From the NCBI GenBank assembly GCA_008632985.1, contig QPGO01000059.1:124001-188000 (forward strand): a stretch of 64,000 nucleotides of DNA, read 5' to 3'. The position numbers were made by a program, and so were the translations under genes. Positions 11,572-25,185 of this stretch are shown here, piece by piece; position 1 is the stretch's first letter; each line of letters opens with the position of its first letter. The notes below the pieces were generated by a model that made no database searches, was not told the DNA's origin, and worked only from the letters and a program-made list of their open reading frames with translations. Source of the stretch: Psammoneis japonica (Eukaryota).

Positions 11572-12687
11572 TTAACGTCCTCTGAGATCATGCTCAAGTT
11601 CTGCTCTGTTTCGGTCCACAATGATTTCATTGCTCCGATCCACATCGGTCTTTTCTTCTTTTTCCAGCTGCGGTCGATGATCCTCACTACTATCATCGTC
11701 GTTGGGAACTGGATCGTCCTCTTTCTCGATTTCTGGGGACTCTTGCGTCGATATACCGTCGTCTGCCGCAACCTCTTGTGTAGTACCGGATTCATCCTCA
11801 TCAACCACCTGTTCTTCCGCCAGAGCCGATTCGTCACCGCCATTCTCGACAGGTTGCTCCTTGTCAACATTTTCACTCGACTGCGACGATCCTTCAGCCT
11901 CGGCTTTACGTTGTTCCAGAGCTTCAATCTGTTTCTTGAGTCGTTGAATGGTTTCCAACTGCCTCGCATTCTCAGCTTCCAGTCGCTTAATTTCTTCACG
12001 GCCCTCCTCAATCATTTCCTTTAGCTCCTCCTCCTCTTCATCCAATTCTTCTTCTTGCTGTTCATCGTCTGACGCTTCACTATCAATTCCAGCTTCCAAT
12101 TTAAATCGTTCCTTTACTCTAATGGCTTCCTCTGCTTGTTCCTTCAGTTTTTCTTCCAGAGATCGTTTCTCATCATCCAACACGACCAATTCATTCATGA
12201 CTTGCAATTCCACTTTCGTTTTCTCTTCCACAACTGCCGCCACTTGTTCCTTGAGAGCTTTCACGAGCTTGGAACACTTGTCTTCCACCAGCACGACTTG
12301 ATGCTCGAGCGCTCCCATGGTGTGCATGGCCCGACACAGCTGTGCCTGTGCTCTCGTCACGTACGAACTCGTCACTTGATCCTGATTCGCCACCTTCATG
12401 GTTTCGGCATATACATGCAAGGTCCCACCACCCTGTTGTAACTTTTTGAATTGATTCTCCATCTGTAGCATCTCGTGTCGACGAAAATCTCGGGTTTTTT
12501 GCAACTCAATCAACTCCTGCTTGTTTAATTGCGAGTCCTTGACGAGTGTCTGTTTGACGTCAATGACATCTTTTTGAACTTTATCAATGTGCTCATCGTG
12601 ACGTTCCACTTGACGCATGATTTTGGCAATTCGAGCGTCGCGTTCATGAATCATGTCTTGAAGCAACTTTTGCTCCATGGTAGACAT
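11572..12687 (-). CDS. Coiled-coil protein with acidic tail, tandem paralog 1
   Basis: 371-aa intact ORF; MEQKLLQDMIHERDARI and QAQLCRAMH are shared with 13426-14361. Confidence 0.8.
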   Translation of the reverse strand: MSTMEQKLLQDMIHERDARIAKIMRQVERHDEHIDKVQKDVIDVKQTLVKDSQLNKQELIELQKTRDFRRHEMLQMENQFKKLQQGGGTLHVYAETMKVANQDQVTSSYVTRAQAQLCRAMHTMGALEHQVVLVEDKCSKLVKALKEQVAAVVEEKTKVELQVMNELVVLDDEKRSLEEKLKEQAEEAIRVKERFKLEAGIDSEASDDEQQEEELDEEEEELKEMIEEGREEIKRLEAENARQLETIQRLKKQIEALEQRKAEAEGSSQSSENVDKEQPVENGGDESALAEEQVVDEDESGTTQEVAADDGISTQESPEIEKEDDPVPNDDDSSEDHRPQLEKEEKTDVDRSNEIIVDRNRAELEHDLRGR

Positions 12688-13425
12688 GATTATTGTGTGT
12701 GAATAATAATATGTTGTGTCGTATTGTTGCTGTAAGTACAGCGATTTTTGTTCTCAAACTTGTGCTATGAACTTGGAGTCGACTTTCGAGTATATTCTAA
12801 AGACTGATGTGGCTTTGTATTGCGTCGTAAGGATAGTAACAAGCAACAAAAAACTCCAACCACAACAACAAAAGAGAAACACCCCGCGGAGGCGAGAGGC
12901 GAGAGAGATGCGTTGAGATGCGCGTTTCTTGCATTGCACCTGTTTTCTACGTAGACGCCTGGTACTAAAATTTTGGGGTACTCACACCGAAATGACCCAT
13001 GACTATGGGTACGTTATCTGTTGATTGCGTCATTAGTATTCGCTTCTTAATTAGTGCTATGAATGGTAGTTCGCGGTATGCGAACCCTAGCCGAGCCACA
13101 AATTTTTGAAATTTTGGATTTGCTTCTGGTGTTTCCTTGTCAGATCCGTTCGAAATCATGGATCGTTTCTTTTCGACAATTGGATGCTCCAGGTTACATT
13201 TTAATTCACTGATGCTGTATGAACGAAAGCACGTCACCGATATCTGGAGCAGTCTCACCGTGGTGGCGAGGCAACAATGCGAAACGGAAGGATTTTGCCG
13301 AGCAGCCGCGATGGTTTCAGGAGGATTTACCGAGAAGAATCAAGATTTTAAAGTGTTCCTCTACTAAATAGCCACTGCACAATGACTGGGGGTTTCACAC
13401 AAGTCTCTTGGCTTGGTATAGGATT

Positions 13426-14361
13426 TCATTCCACTTGTATTTCTCTGGAAGATGCAGACGAAACACCCATGTGAGAGCCCAATAGTTCGTTCCTTCGTTT
13501 CTCGAAAATCTTTCGTCGTTCCTCGGCATTCAACGCATCATACTCATCGTCTCGTGTGTCGTCGTCGTCGTCGTCATCATCTTCGGATTCATCTACAGAG
13601 TCCGTATCCTCTTCGGCTTGTGAATCATCATCAGCTTCTTCCTCCTCTGATTCTGTCATAAGATCGGTGGACGAGTCTTGTGCCTTTTGAACCGTCTCGA
13701 CGTGATCCTCTTCGTCCACAGATGACGACGACGACGACGACGACTCTTCGTCATCGGGTAATTCTTCTTTCCATTTTGCTACAGTTCTTATCGTTTGATT
13801 CATCAACTCACTATAGTCATCCATCATTTTTTTCTTTTCAGTGTCTCGTGCAAAAATCAAATTCATGAGTTTCATTTCCACGTTGCTTTTCGATTCCAAT
13901 GTATTGGCAATGACTTTTTTCAATACCGCAATTTGTGCTTCTCTCGTTTTCTTGTACAGAACCGCTTCGTTGTGCATAATGTGAATGTAATGCAGAGCCT
14001 TGCACAATTGACACTGCAATCTCAACACATTCAAATCGCGAGACGACGGGTCCTCCTTCTCGGAAGATGATGATTCGTCTTTACCAGCCGTCAAGGCTTG
14101 TCTGTAAATACGCAACGACCCGACATGTTTTAATTCACGTTGCAGTCGAAAGTATTCTCGCTGAAGCTCTTGCTGTTTCTTCAAAACAGCTTCCAGTTCG
14201 TCATGAAACACCTGCTCTTTTGCGTCGGAATCATATTTGACTCGATTGAGTTGCAGTTTTGACTTGGATATACGAAGTACCGTGTCGTCAATGCCCGATG
14301 CCAGCTTAAGAATTTGCGCATCGCGGTCCTTGACCATATCGTTGAGCAATTGTTGTTCCAT
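13426..14361 (-). CDS. Coiled-coil protein with acidic tail, tandem paralog 2
   Basis: 311-aa intact ORF; MEQQLLNDMVKDRDAQI, QCQLCKALH and VEMKLMN match paralog 1. Confidence 0.8.
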   Translation of the reverse strand: MEQQLLNDMVKDRDAQILKLASGIDDTVLRISKSKLQLNRVKYDSDAKEQVFHDELEAVLKKQQELQREYFRLQRELKHVGSLRIYRQALTAGKDESSSSEKEDPSSRDLNVLRLQCQLCKALHYIHIMHNEAVLYKKTREAQIAVLKKVIANTLESKSNVEMKLMNLIFARDTEKKKMMDDYSELMNQTIRTVAKWKEELPDDEESSSSSSSSVDEEDHVETVQKAQDSSTDLMTESEEEEADDDSQAEEDTDSVDESEDDDDDDDDTRDDEYDALNAEERRKIFEKRRNELLGSHMGVSSASSREIQVE

Positions 14362-15246
14362 GTTGGCGAGTTAGTTGTGGAGGGAGTATGTAGCAAAATT
14401 CTCGTTTTGTTCCCAGCGGTTTCAGCAGGAAAAAAGGCAGGTATCGTGTTGTGCGCTTGTACTTTCAACAAAAAGTCAATCAATCACGCAAATAAAACAA
14501 AGCAATAAAATTTAGTAGAGATGCTGAGAGGAAACGCAGCTGTTGCAGGTTGCAAAAAGAACGCAACAAATGCGACGTCAATCAACGCTGATGATAAAAA
14601 GGTCTTCGACAGAAATAATGACTTATCGAAATTTTCCCCGCGAGACAGACGGGACCAACGGAGTTCGCACGAAATTTTTTGTGTTCATCGGGTGCGAATA
14701 GTTGAAATAAACACCGCCTCGCCGCCGCCACTGACTGCGACTCCGTTCAGCGTTTAGCTCTAGGGCCTACTACCGCCCGACTCCTTTTAGTCTACGGTGT
14801 AGTTCTAGGGTAGAGCGTCCTCTATCATAGTCTAGCTGCAGCATAGGCCTAAGGATGTAGGGTGCGGGGCGTGACTTTTAGGATGTACACTCACGACCCA
14901 TAGCTAAACCTTCGAGCTGCTTTGAAGACTCTCCTACTAGCTAGTAGAGAGGGCCACAGTAGTTAGTCCTGCGGTCCAGCGTTGTTGAAAGTGCTGGTTC
15001 GTTAACTGTTTCTCCATCAATGTTGCAAAATGGCCCGAATGTCCATCTATACGAGTACATATCTAAGAGTTTAGGTAAAACGACTTGGACGATTCTCATA
15101 GCAGGGGGGAAACTGAGTGTCGATTGCGCCGCAACGCCTGTTTGAATACTCTGAACTCATAGCTTGTGTTCATAGAGTTAACACATTTACAATTATATTA
15201 AAAAGTCACTATATACCAATTTCCACAGTTTACGCACCAGAAGAGT

Positions 15247-15897
15247 CTAAGGTTCAGCACCTTTTCCGTCCTCACCAGCGTCGTCATAACCTTTGGCATC
15301 CACAGGGGCGTCGTCGTCGTCGTGTCCGCCATCATTATCCTTTTTCCTGTTGCACAAGAGACCAGGAGATTTGGGCAAGCAACAGACGATACAACTCGAG
15401 ACAAAATAGAGACAAACCGCCGCGATATTGTAAATGGCGCCGCTGCCCAATTCACATGATGCAAACGCACCGTTGGTACAAAAGTCACTTCCAAACATGG
15501 TAAATGCGGTTGCACCAAGGACGTAGGCAAGCATGTAAAGACATCCTTCGAGACCGCCGGCACAGGGAATACGGCAGCACGTGAACTCGATAAGCACAAC
15601 CAAAAACGCGGCCGCAGCAAAACACATGGACAGAATCAGCGTAACGCGTGTCGTCTTGACATAGTTGTCGGGGTCGTCGATACCCACTTCATCATACTTG
15701 ACACAGCTGCCACCGGTTCCAACGGACGACGACAATTCGAAGAGACCAATCGTGCCAGAACCCACAAGGAGGGCGTCTTTAAACTTGAGATACTCACACT
15801 CGAGTGCAGCAATGATCTGAAGAATGATTCCCGCAATTGTCATGCAAATGGCCGTCGTGCGGGCGCAATATCCGAAATCATCACAACACTTCGTCAT
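15247..15897 (-). CDS. Four-TM claudin/tetraspan-like membrane protein
   Basis: Four hydrophobic segments, GLF…C loop after TM1, Cys-rich, acidic tail. Confidence 0.75.
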   Translation of the reverse strand: MTKCCDDFGYCARTTAICMTIAGIILQIIAALECEYLKFKDALLVGSGTIGLFELSSSVGTGGSCVKYDEVGIDDPDNYVKTTRVTLILSMCFAAAAFLVVLIEFTCCRIPCAGGLEGCLYMLAYVLGATAFTMFGSDFCTNGAFASCELGSGAIYNIAAVCLYFVSSCIVCCLPKSPGLLCNRKKDNDGGHDDDDAPVDAKGYDDAGEDGKGAEP

Positions 15898-16575
15898 CTT
15901 CTCTTTTTTTTCTTCCTCTGCTTGTTCTTTCTCTGTCTCCTTTTCGCTACTGCGGTTGACGAAACTCTCTTTGAGAAATGCTAGAGTAGGTTACGGGTGG
16001 ATTCCAACAAGGCGAGGAAAGTGTACAACAGCACAAACAGCTGGACGCTTCTTCTTGTGACGACATCCTCTATCATCCAAAATAAAAAAAAATGAAGGGT
16101 GCAAATCGTGTCGGACATTTTCAGAATTTGGGTGCGTTATTCAAACATTGTGATCTGAAATTATTCCATACGCCTAGGCTTACCACCACAGAATCTTTTA
16201 TTTATTGAATCATGTCACCTTTCGTTAAATAGAAAGAGGACCTACTTAACACCGTAATAAGTGCAATTGCTCATTTTACCTTTTGCGGTTCATCAGTTCT
16301 GTAGTTGTCTTGAGGACTTACTTAGAGTGAAAATAACATTTTATACAACTTCGATTATCTATGATGTACTCTTTTGCATAGGCTCAAGCAATTTTCTATG
16401 AATCGGACAGCGGACAGGCAGTCGAAAACACTTGCAACTTGCAATTCAAAATAGAAAATGATGAATCAGACATCACACCAAGCAGAATGAGAAATGAGAT
16501 CCCATAGAGCGACGTTTTGCATTGCTTCTTTTACTGTGTTTCTATTGACATTTGTAGAATCTCGTCCTCGAAATC

Positions 16576-17160
16576 ATGGTGGAAAACGCTGAAGGCTTGG
16601 AGAATGGGGCTGTAGTGCCCGTTTTGAAGTGCGAAAGCAAAGATCTATCGCAAGAGCAGAGGAGGAGGAGGAGTGCATCGATGAGGTTACAAAACGAGAC
16701 GTTTGGAGAACGAGACGCAAGAAAATGACGATGGTTTCAATGGCGTGTTTGAAGGGCTGGGCGAGTTTGATGAGGAAACCGATCATGTCGCCACAATTTC
16801 ACCTCCAGAAAAAGAACAAGCCGACTTTGACGCTTTGGCGTGTACCTTGCAGCACGGATTGTGACGTTCTTTATCCACGCAGGTCCTTCAACCTATCTAT
16901 TGGAGGACAGGGCGGAATACAGAGCCTTGAACGTAATGGAAGAAAAGGACAAGGCCTTCAAGTTGTTGTGTAATGACGAGACCCTCCAGAAGTTGTTTAT
17001 AGACCTTTCGAAAGGCAAACGCTCCGTCGAGTTGTACCTACAGGACGGATCAACTGCTGAACAAGTGTTTGAGATTGAGGCCGGAATTGTTCATAGAGTC
17101 ATGTTTGCGGTACGCCAACTAAGACTCATCTCCAAACTTTATAGCAAGGGAGCTCTATAA
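16576..17160 (+). CDS. Hypothetical protein (fragmented; structure uncertain)
   Basis: ATG at 16576, acidic coding-like stretch, ORF 16840-17160 with protein-like composition. Confidence 0.3.
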
Positions 17161-17542
17161 GCCTCTCTTGGAAGGAGGCTGAAGACGAGGTGGATGTAGC
17201 TACGGAAATTGCATCCATGTTTTCTACGGAGCTACTCTTTGGCCCTGGTCGAGGAGAAGGATTGTGGAATCGATAATCTCGATTGTGACAAGGACTTGAG
17301 GCGTCATCGTACAGAGGGGATTTACAAGGAGGTTTCTGAATAATTTGTGTCGCAGAGTTGGGGCTGTAACATTGTGATTCGTTGGGATCACAAGTCTGAT
17401 GCAAATCAGCACATGAAGCTGAAATGGGCGAACGGTTCGTATGGAAGAAGGTGTAGCCATACAGCAAAAACCGTTATGCGATGGGCCTACAACTATGATG
17501 TCTCGTCCTACAATTGCTTTACAGGGATCAAGATTTGTTTTC

Positions 17543-20500
17543 TCAACAAAGGTTACAAGCCTTTAGACAAGCCTTCCCAGCAATTCGACCGTCCACACCG
17601 ATTCGATTGCACCGTCGGGTGGCCTTGGCGATCCATTTGCACCGTTTCTCTAGGCCCTTCATGTTGATGAAAATCCAGTCCGGGTCGTCTTGGCAAGGGG
17701 CTGCTTTCGGAATTGGCGTTATTGGAACAGAAAGTCGGTTGTAGTTGATGATTCCGTTCCAGATGCGAGGAGCAAAAGATCTTTTGAATGGATAGACGAC
17801 ACCCCTGCCACGATACACATTAATCACGCCGTCCGAGACAAAGAGCTGTCCCTCGGTACCTTCGTCCGCATCGGTGTATCTCATTTCAGCGGTTCTTACC
17901 GGAAGAGTAATGTAAAAGGCCTGTCGAGCATCTTTCCAAACCTTGATTGGTTCAGACAGAGCCGGAAGGGCAGTCAGATTGCCTTCGCCATTTCCCACTA
18001 CCGTAACTTTCTCCACCAATGACCAGAGGCCATCGTTGTTGTTCAGCTGATACGGTCCCCGCCTCGTCCAGATTTCAACGTCGACAGCGGTTGTCAAACG
18101 AGTATGAATGGAAAAGCTGGTAATTTCTACATCTTCTGTCACATCGATGTCAAAATAGTTCCCTAGAGGCAAAGAAAGAACACGTCTTGTGAGACAACGC
18201 AAATACACAGTCCATGACGCCAATCGCGAACACGACGTACCTCCTTGCCCATTATCTGCGATATCAGTTGTAAAGAGACTGTCAGTAAAAGCTGTGGGAG
18301 TTAACGGGCCCGAGTTTCGTGTTGGAGACTGAGTTGACACCTTGGCGGGCCCACCGGTTGGTGGGTTGGTCTTTGGAGCTGCTGTTGGTTCGTTTGATGG
18401 AGGCATCGTCAACTTGGTAGGGCTTGCGGTTGGCTTCTCGCTTGTCGATGCCGTTGGTTCAGGACCAGAAACCGTTCTGTACTTGATATTTCCATTGAAG
18501 ATACGTGGAGCAAAAGAATCCTTGAATGGATAAACAACCCCTCGCCCTTGGTAGAGACTTACCACTCCATCCGATACATACAAGTCGCCCTCGTTACCGT
18601 CACCATCGGTGTATCGCAGTTCTGCGGTCTTTGTGGGTAGCGTGATGTAGAATGCCCGCCGCTCGCCCTTTCTCACCTTTATCGGAGCTGAAAGAGGCGG
18701 AAGCTCCGTTAAGGTGCCTTCGCCTTTTCCGGTTATCATTACCTTGTCCACCAACTTCCACCGACCATCGGAGTTGCCGAGTGTGTACTTGCCGGGCCTG
18801 GTCCATATTTCGACTTCGGTGTTTGACTTGAGACGCGTGTGAATGTCAAAGCCAACAATTTCTACATCCCTTGAAACATCAATGTCGAAGTAGTTCCCTT
18901 GAAGTTTAACAAACATGGAGTGAGAGTGTATGAAAATCAATTGAGGAGTACCGAATTGTTTGCACGCATACCTGCTTGCCCATTGCCACCAGCATCCGTC
19001 GAAAAGAGGGTATCGTGGTTGCTCGGTGTGGTGGTTCAATGCTTCCCGGTGTAGGCGCGTTCGTGCTACATGTGTCTGTATGCACGCATTCACCTTGACT
19101 GCATGTGTCTCTTGTACACAAATCGTTATCGCTGCAGTCTGAATTATCCTCGCACTCAACAACTTTTCTGAAACTGGCGATTTTAGCTCTCACGTCGTTG
19201 ATGCGTCGGGCGCAGTCGCTCTGTTGGTCTCCCAATGGAGCCCACTTGTTCCCTTTGTAGTTGAACTGAAATCAAGGAGTGGCGAGGCAGACGAGAAAAT
19301 GAGCGTGTTTTTTTTTTTTTTTGCAGAAGAAGGACGACAACACTTTCTCCGCCATTTGCTTACCCGTTTTGTTGAAGACGAAAAGCGTTGGATGCGTGGA
19401 CATCCTCCACCTATGTTGTTGTCACATTGGCCACTCTGACATGAATAACCAAGGATAGTTCGAAAGTTCGCGTTCGGGTCTCTCCACCCAAATCGGTACT
19501 CATCCAATTTTGTGTCGCAAGAATTGCTTCGTCCTCGATCGTGGTAGCACCCCTGAGAAAGCATAGAAAGAAGATCATTAATCCATGGTGAGCACACAGA
19601 CTCAAAGACGATTTCTATTGTTGAGTGTTTCTACCTTACCATGTTGTGTCCTGAATAGTCAAAGCACAGCAAAAAGGACCAAGTTAGTTTCAGAGCATTT
19701 TGGTGGAGGGGACATGAACCGAACGTCGCGAAATAAGACGGATTCACTCACCTATCTCGTGTCCAAAGCTGAAGTACCCCGTCGCGCAACTGTATTTCGT
19801 GGATGAAAATGCAAATTCGTCATTCGTGGATGACCATGCAGTTCCGCATATTCCGCCGTCTAGTCGGCCAGCAACCATGATTGCCACCATGTCAGCTCCA
19901 TATTGATCGCGTTTTCGATGAACATCATCCATCTTGCCATCGTCATCGTACGTAATATCTGCAAGGGCGGTGGTTGTTTGCCTACCTTTCACGTTGACCT
20001 CGACGTACGAGCCATGTCTGTACGCATGGACTAGCCTGAGCTGGGTGTTGACTCCACTCTCGGTGTATGCAACATTTGTCTCTTCGATTGCGAGCTCAAT
20101 CAGCCCGATCATTCCGGCCCTTGTAGTTGAAGTGACTTTACAGTTTGCTGGCTTTCCAACTCGGTCGCACTCTGTATCGCGGGGTCTAGCGTGAGCCATG
20201 GACATGGGGACAACACATGATTCTCACAACGTTAAGAGGCGACATGGCTTACCTGCATCCCGAGTCCAAACGACCATAACATCAATGTTTCCGCCTTTAT
20301 CATCGTAAAGCTTTCGACGACGGCCATTTGCATCGACATCGAATCTTGGCCTTGATTTCACAAGCGGAGATAGCTTGCGCGTTACGTCTACCGACGCGTT
20401 TGCCAATCTCCTATTTTCAGTTTCAGTTTCGACGGGAGGTTCCATTGGATCGATTTCATCTCCAAAATCTTTCCAGAACTTTACTGTCACCTGGATATCG

Positions 20501-20891
20501 CCAAACTCATCCGGCGCGATTTGGTATACTCTCTCTTCGTCTGACATTGAACCAAAAACTAGCGTGGCGTTGGCACCCGGCCCTCTGTTTCAAGTTCTCG
20601 AATCACCAAATCCATGGCAGCAAGACCATCTTCGCCATGGAATGCATCCCTTCTACTGTCAGACCGTAATGTTTTGAATGTCCTAGTGACACCCTCCGTA
20701 AGCTCCAATTCAATGTCGTCTAGATACGTGAGATCACCCTTGAGTTCCGACACGTCAAAACGGCACCGTGTACTCGTGCATTCCCGGTCGCGCTTGAGCT
20801 TCATCCTCGTCCTTCTTCTCCCATATAGCTTCGATTGAACAGAAATTACAATCGCCAGAAGGACTAGAGCGACTTCGATACGCATCATCAT
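17543..20891 (-). CDS. Secreted M12/reprolysin-like zinc metalloprotease with duplicated C-terminal beta domains, PT linker and Cys module; multi-exon
   Basis: Signal peptide, IDVMVVWT, YGADMV; spliced HEIGHNMGCYHD zinc motif; FRTILGY turn; two GNYFDIDV…FAPRI repeats. Confidence 0.85.
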
Positions 20892-23300
20892 GTGGTGGCC
20901 TGTTGGCAATCGACTCGTCGAGAGAATGGGAAAACAATTTGCATGAGACGGAAATTGTGGTCATTGAACTAATGCCTTTTTGAGAATGCCACAAAAACAA
21001 GTTGGGCCTGTAGAGTTGTATGAAAATGGCCGTGGAAATATGTGTTTTCGTTGAGGTATGTATCATAATGGTCAATTGCAATGTCTCCGATAAAATGACT
21101 TTGCGGGTTTCTCTTCAAGTTTCATAGTAAAATGTGAAATGACTCTTGGTGGACATTCTTATGACCGAAGTGGTGATCTCGGGATGATCTCACCAGTTTG
21201 CTTCTACGCTCCCCGCCCGACACATGGTGAGAGGTGATGGAGATCAGATAGATGCTGCCAGCCATTAGTCAAATGCTGTTGCTTAAAGTCTGGGGCTCAG
21301 GCCATACATAGCGATTCCGAGTCGCAAATTACAATCGCGAGTGTTGATGCGAGGTCTAGGGGGAGTGAACATTCGATTTTACAAGTTGATGTTGTATGCT
21401 TTCTTATGCGTGGTAAATATCTCAAAGATTCAGAAAAGCTCCAGAAAAACTGCCGAACTCGTACTGTACACAGAAACAACAACTGTTCTCAGGCACAAGA
21501 GTAGCAAATTGATGCTACTATCATGTCGAAGGAAGCAGCGAGCTGTTGCGTGGCGGCTCATTTACTCTTGTTGCAGTCGCGGCCACTACTGACCATGCAT
21601 CATACAACAAGGCGAAATACACGACTGACAGAAAGGCAAAGTCTCTAAAAAGTCCGCTGAAGAAACATGGGGATCTCACGTTCCACAAGAGCACGGTCCC
21701 CTCAAGGAAATACCGCCCGACATTCTCTTGTACGTGATGGAGGCATCGGGCACATCGAGTGGTCCTCCGGCATGCAACGCGGCCATTTATCGCGCCAATA
21801 ATAATTTGTTGATGACAATGCAGTCGCAGTCAAGGACGAGACTCTTAAAGAAATCGAAGCACTTGGCACTCCGTCCGCATCGCTGCTGTGCGGCCGTTTG
21901 GAAGAAACGATGTCCCAAAATCTAGCTTTATGATCGCGGAGGAGGAGAGCAAGTGGTGCAGGTGGACCTCGCAACGAGCGAGTGGGCCACGACAGACGAG
22001 CAGTGGTCGAAAGTTGGCACCACGAAACGCATTGATAGATGTAATGTCTACAAGGACATGGTTGAAGCGCAACTTGACGACGAGGGCAAAAAAGCGGTGA
22101 TGGTTTCTTGTGATTTGCTCTTTGCCGTTCCCAATCCTGAAAATCCAGGCTTGATGGAACGCTTGTGTTTTGGGTGTTTGATAGCAGTATTGAGCTGCCA
22201 AAGGCCAACTCGAACAGTGGTGTAGTGGGAGCTGTGCAAAAGCGCATGGAGCAAGTGTTTCATCAATCGTGGTGGCGCATAGTCGTCCTGTGGTGGAGGT
22301 TGACGAACAACCGGTTGCACTGAGGTACTTGTGGTTGTGGCAGATCAAGTCGCGAAACCTCGATGGTGAACGTACCCAGCGCGTGAGAGTGTCCTTCAAA
22401 TGCTCGTTCGCCCAAGAGTGTCGTCCTTCCCGTTTCCATAACGCAGAAGAACTGCACACCTAGCAATTTCATTCGTGTAATAGGTTTTCGTAACTCAGGT
22501 ATCTCTAGCCTTTGTAAAGAGGTTCTCCAGAGTTGCAACGTGGGCACTTAGTCATCTATCTAGCCGTTGCAAGGCTCCTGTTTTGTACTTCTCGCTTATG
22601 TTGCTGTGTTTTGTGCAAAACATTATGCATTGTTTGCGATAGCCCTTGTCTGAAGTCGCGGAAGATTGTAGTCCGAGAAATAGGGACGCGAGAGCGATCG
22701 ACCCCTGGTTGCGCTCTTTCGAAATGTCCAGCAGTCTAGGCTCGTACCGGCACGCATTACTGCACTAGCTAGCATATCAATCCCAACTTTTTAAAATCAG
22801 TAGCTGTGTATGAGGGATCAAGAGAATCACTGTATCTTGAGTGTAGCCGTGCTCTACTCTAGCTACCTAATAATTGGTGGCTAGAGGGCCCTCTAGAGCT
22901 AGTAGGGCCCTGCCGGCGTAAAAGTAGGTCCCAGCTCCCTGCCTCCCGCACAGTTGCTCTGTTTGGCCGTTCGGGAGGTGTGCGTGCGTGGCTGCGCCAC
23001 AGCCAGAATCAATGCCGCAGATGAGGCATCTGCAGCCATCACCATGAGATGAGCTTCAGGCTCTTACCAGCTGCGAGTATTCTGCACCATGAATATCTAT
23101 GGAGAGCTATACCAAGGCAATGTCGTGGTAAGTATAAGATAGGAAGCTAATTCTGCACACAAGGAAGAGCGCGACCGCTAATCATCGTACGTGCTGACGC
23201 AACCACAAACTCCACCGCTTCGTCGTCTGAGTGCGATACGGCTTGCGCAAACGATGTAGACGGGGGCATACATGCGTCACGATGAAGCCTGTGGTTGAGG

Positions 23301-24943
23301 TCAGCCGTTGGGTTTCTTCATTCGGAGCCCTTCATCAGTTTCGTAAACACCCACAAACCTTGCAGCCTCTGCCCAGTAAATCTTTCCCGATGCTCCCGGC
23401 TTCTTGATTGGTCGGAGGCTCCGAAGCTCGGACTTAATAGACTCCGGTATGCATGGGCAGACATCCATCAAATGCGTTGCTGCAATATTCTGTGCTGACT
23501 GGTAGATTCCTTTCAGTTGCGTCGGATAGTATATGTTGCATTTTGTTTGCTGGTAGTAAGGCAACTTCGTAGCGCAATGCATGCACCTTATCCCAACTTG
23601 GCCGACATGAACCTGTTTCTTTCTGCCTTGGATGTTGCAAGTGGAGTCATCTGTGGATGCCTCGAAATATTCTAACTGTTTCCGAGCAAGGATCTGATAA
23701 TCCGACAGATTATCATCATCAGACGACATGTACATGCAAATGCCGCCGGATTCTGTTCTGGGAAACAGGTCATGACGAGTAGGGCTACTTTGCCTACTCG
23801 TACTTTGAGGTGCAGCAGCTCGAACACAAAACTGTTCAGGGGCTCAGATGGAGGATGGTTAACCGGGCCTAAACGAGCTGCTGGCTGACCAGTCATTACG
23901 TAAGGATGGACAGCAGGCTGCTGCTGGATCGCCGGTAATACTATCGGAATGACCGCAGTGGGAGGCTGCAGTGACAGTATTGGACTAAGCGCCGGTGCAG
24001 CCTGCGCCGCTAGTATACTCGGGTAGGGCCCGATTTGCTGTGTCGTTACTGAAGGTAACAGAATGCTTGCTTGTTGAGTTGCTGTTATTGCAGCATAGTA
24101 CTGACCTTGCAAGCCGAGCATACCATGATGAGGAAGACTAGCCATAGTCCTTGGTAGCACAACGACATTTCTTGGATTTTGATTCATTGTTGAGTCGAAT
24201 ATTGGTCTTGTCGCAAACCCTGCTCTCAGTGATGATGATGATGATGGTGCCAACGTTGAGTTATTGCCGGTCGTGGCGGCGATCATGCCCGACGGTCCCC
24301 CGATTTCTGTTGTTCTCCCTCTCCCATCACTGCTACCGCGTGTAGTATCGCCAGAGATACTATTTCCACTAACTGAGTACGCGACATTTGATGCCACGAC
24401 ATTACCCTCGCCAGCCTCTTGGCGTCCTAGTCGCATATGGTCGATGGGATTCGCATACGTACGACGACCACTTCTGTTTGAGGAGGAGAATAAGGACGAG
24501 GCGCCCGTCTTGGGAATGGCAGTAGCACGCTGACGAGTAGAGGGAGTACTGGATGCTGCTGCTACTCCTGTTGGTTGATGTTCTAACATAGTACGTGTCG
24601 TGGAAACCACTGCCTCTCCTCCATCAGAATCGCCTTCAGCGGCTTTAAAGCGAGAGGAAGGTCTTGCAAGAGTGGGAACTACCTCATCATCGGCAGGCAT
24701 TGGTCGTTTGCTCCTATTGGAATTCGAACCGGTACCTTGTTGTTCTATTTCGTTTGATGCATCTCCATATGCGAGTCGCTTCGCATCTTGAACTGCAACC
24801 GTGTCTGCACGCGAAGGGGTGCTGGAGCCATCAGCAAGCTCTTGCTCAGCCTCGACTGTTCTTGTTGTTGGCGGAACAGTTTCTCGACTAAGCGTGCCAT
24901 CGCTTTTTGTCGCTTTGCCACCAGTGTTGATTGTTTTCTCCAT
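23301..24943 (-). CDS. Low-complexity protein with a diatom-type C-terminal Cys/His domain (putative DNA-binding); frame change near 23700-23800
   Basis: RKQLEYFEA…GRKKQV..GQVGIRCMHC…YYP..L.GIYQSAQN…HL..CP.IP motif. Confidence 0.7.
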
Positions 24944-25185
24944 ATTACTGTTTAACGCAACGTTGATTCACTCACGAAACTCTCAGTTTGTTTTCCCATA
25001 CAATGGCTCCTTACATCTTATCGCTACATAGTTTGGCGACCCTGAAAAGACGGATTCTACAGTATCATAGTTAGACTACGCTCTCTATTTTTCGAGAACA
25101 CGCCGTGACATCGTATCTATTCGAATAAACGCTCGCAGAACAATTCTATTTAAGGGGTGCTGTGCATCCTCGTAATGTGGATCTT

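Noticed and set aside
21680..22463. Possible gene on the + strand
   Set aside because: Only short fragments in changing frames with no recognisable domain
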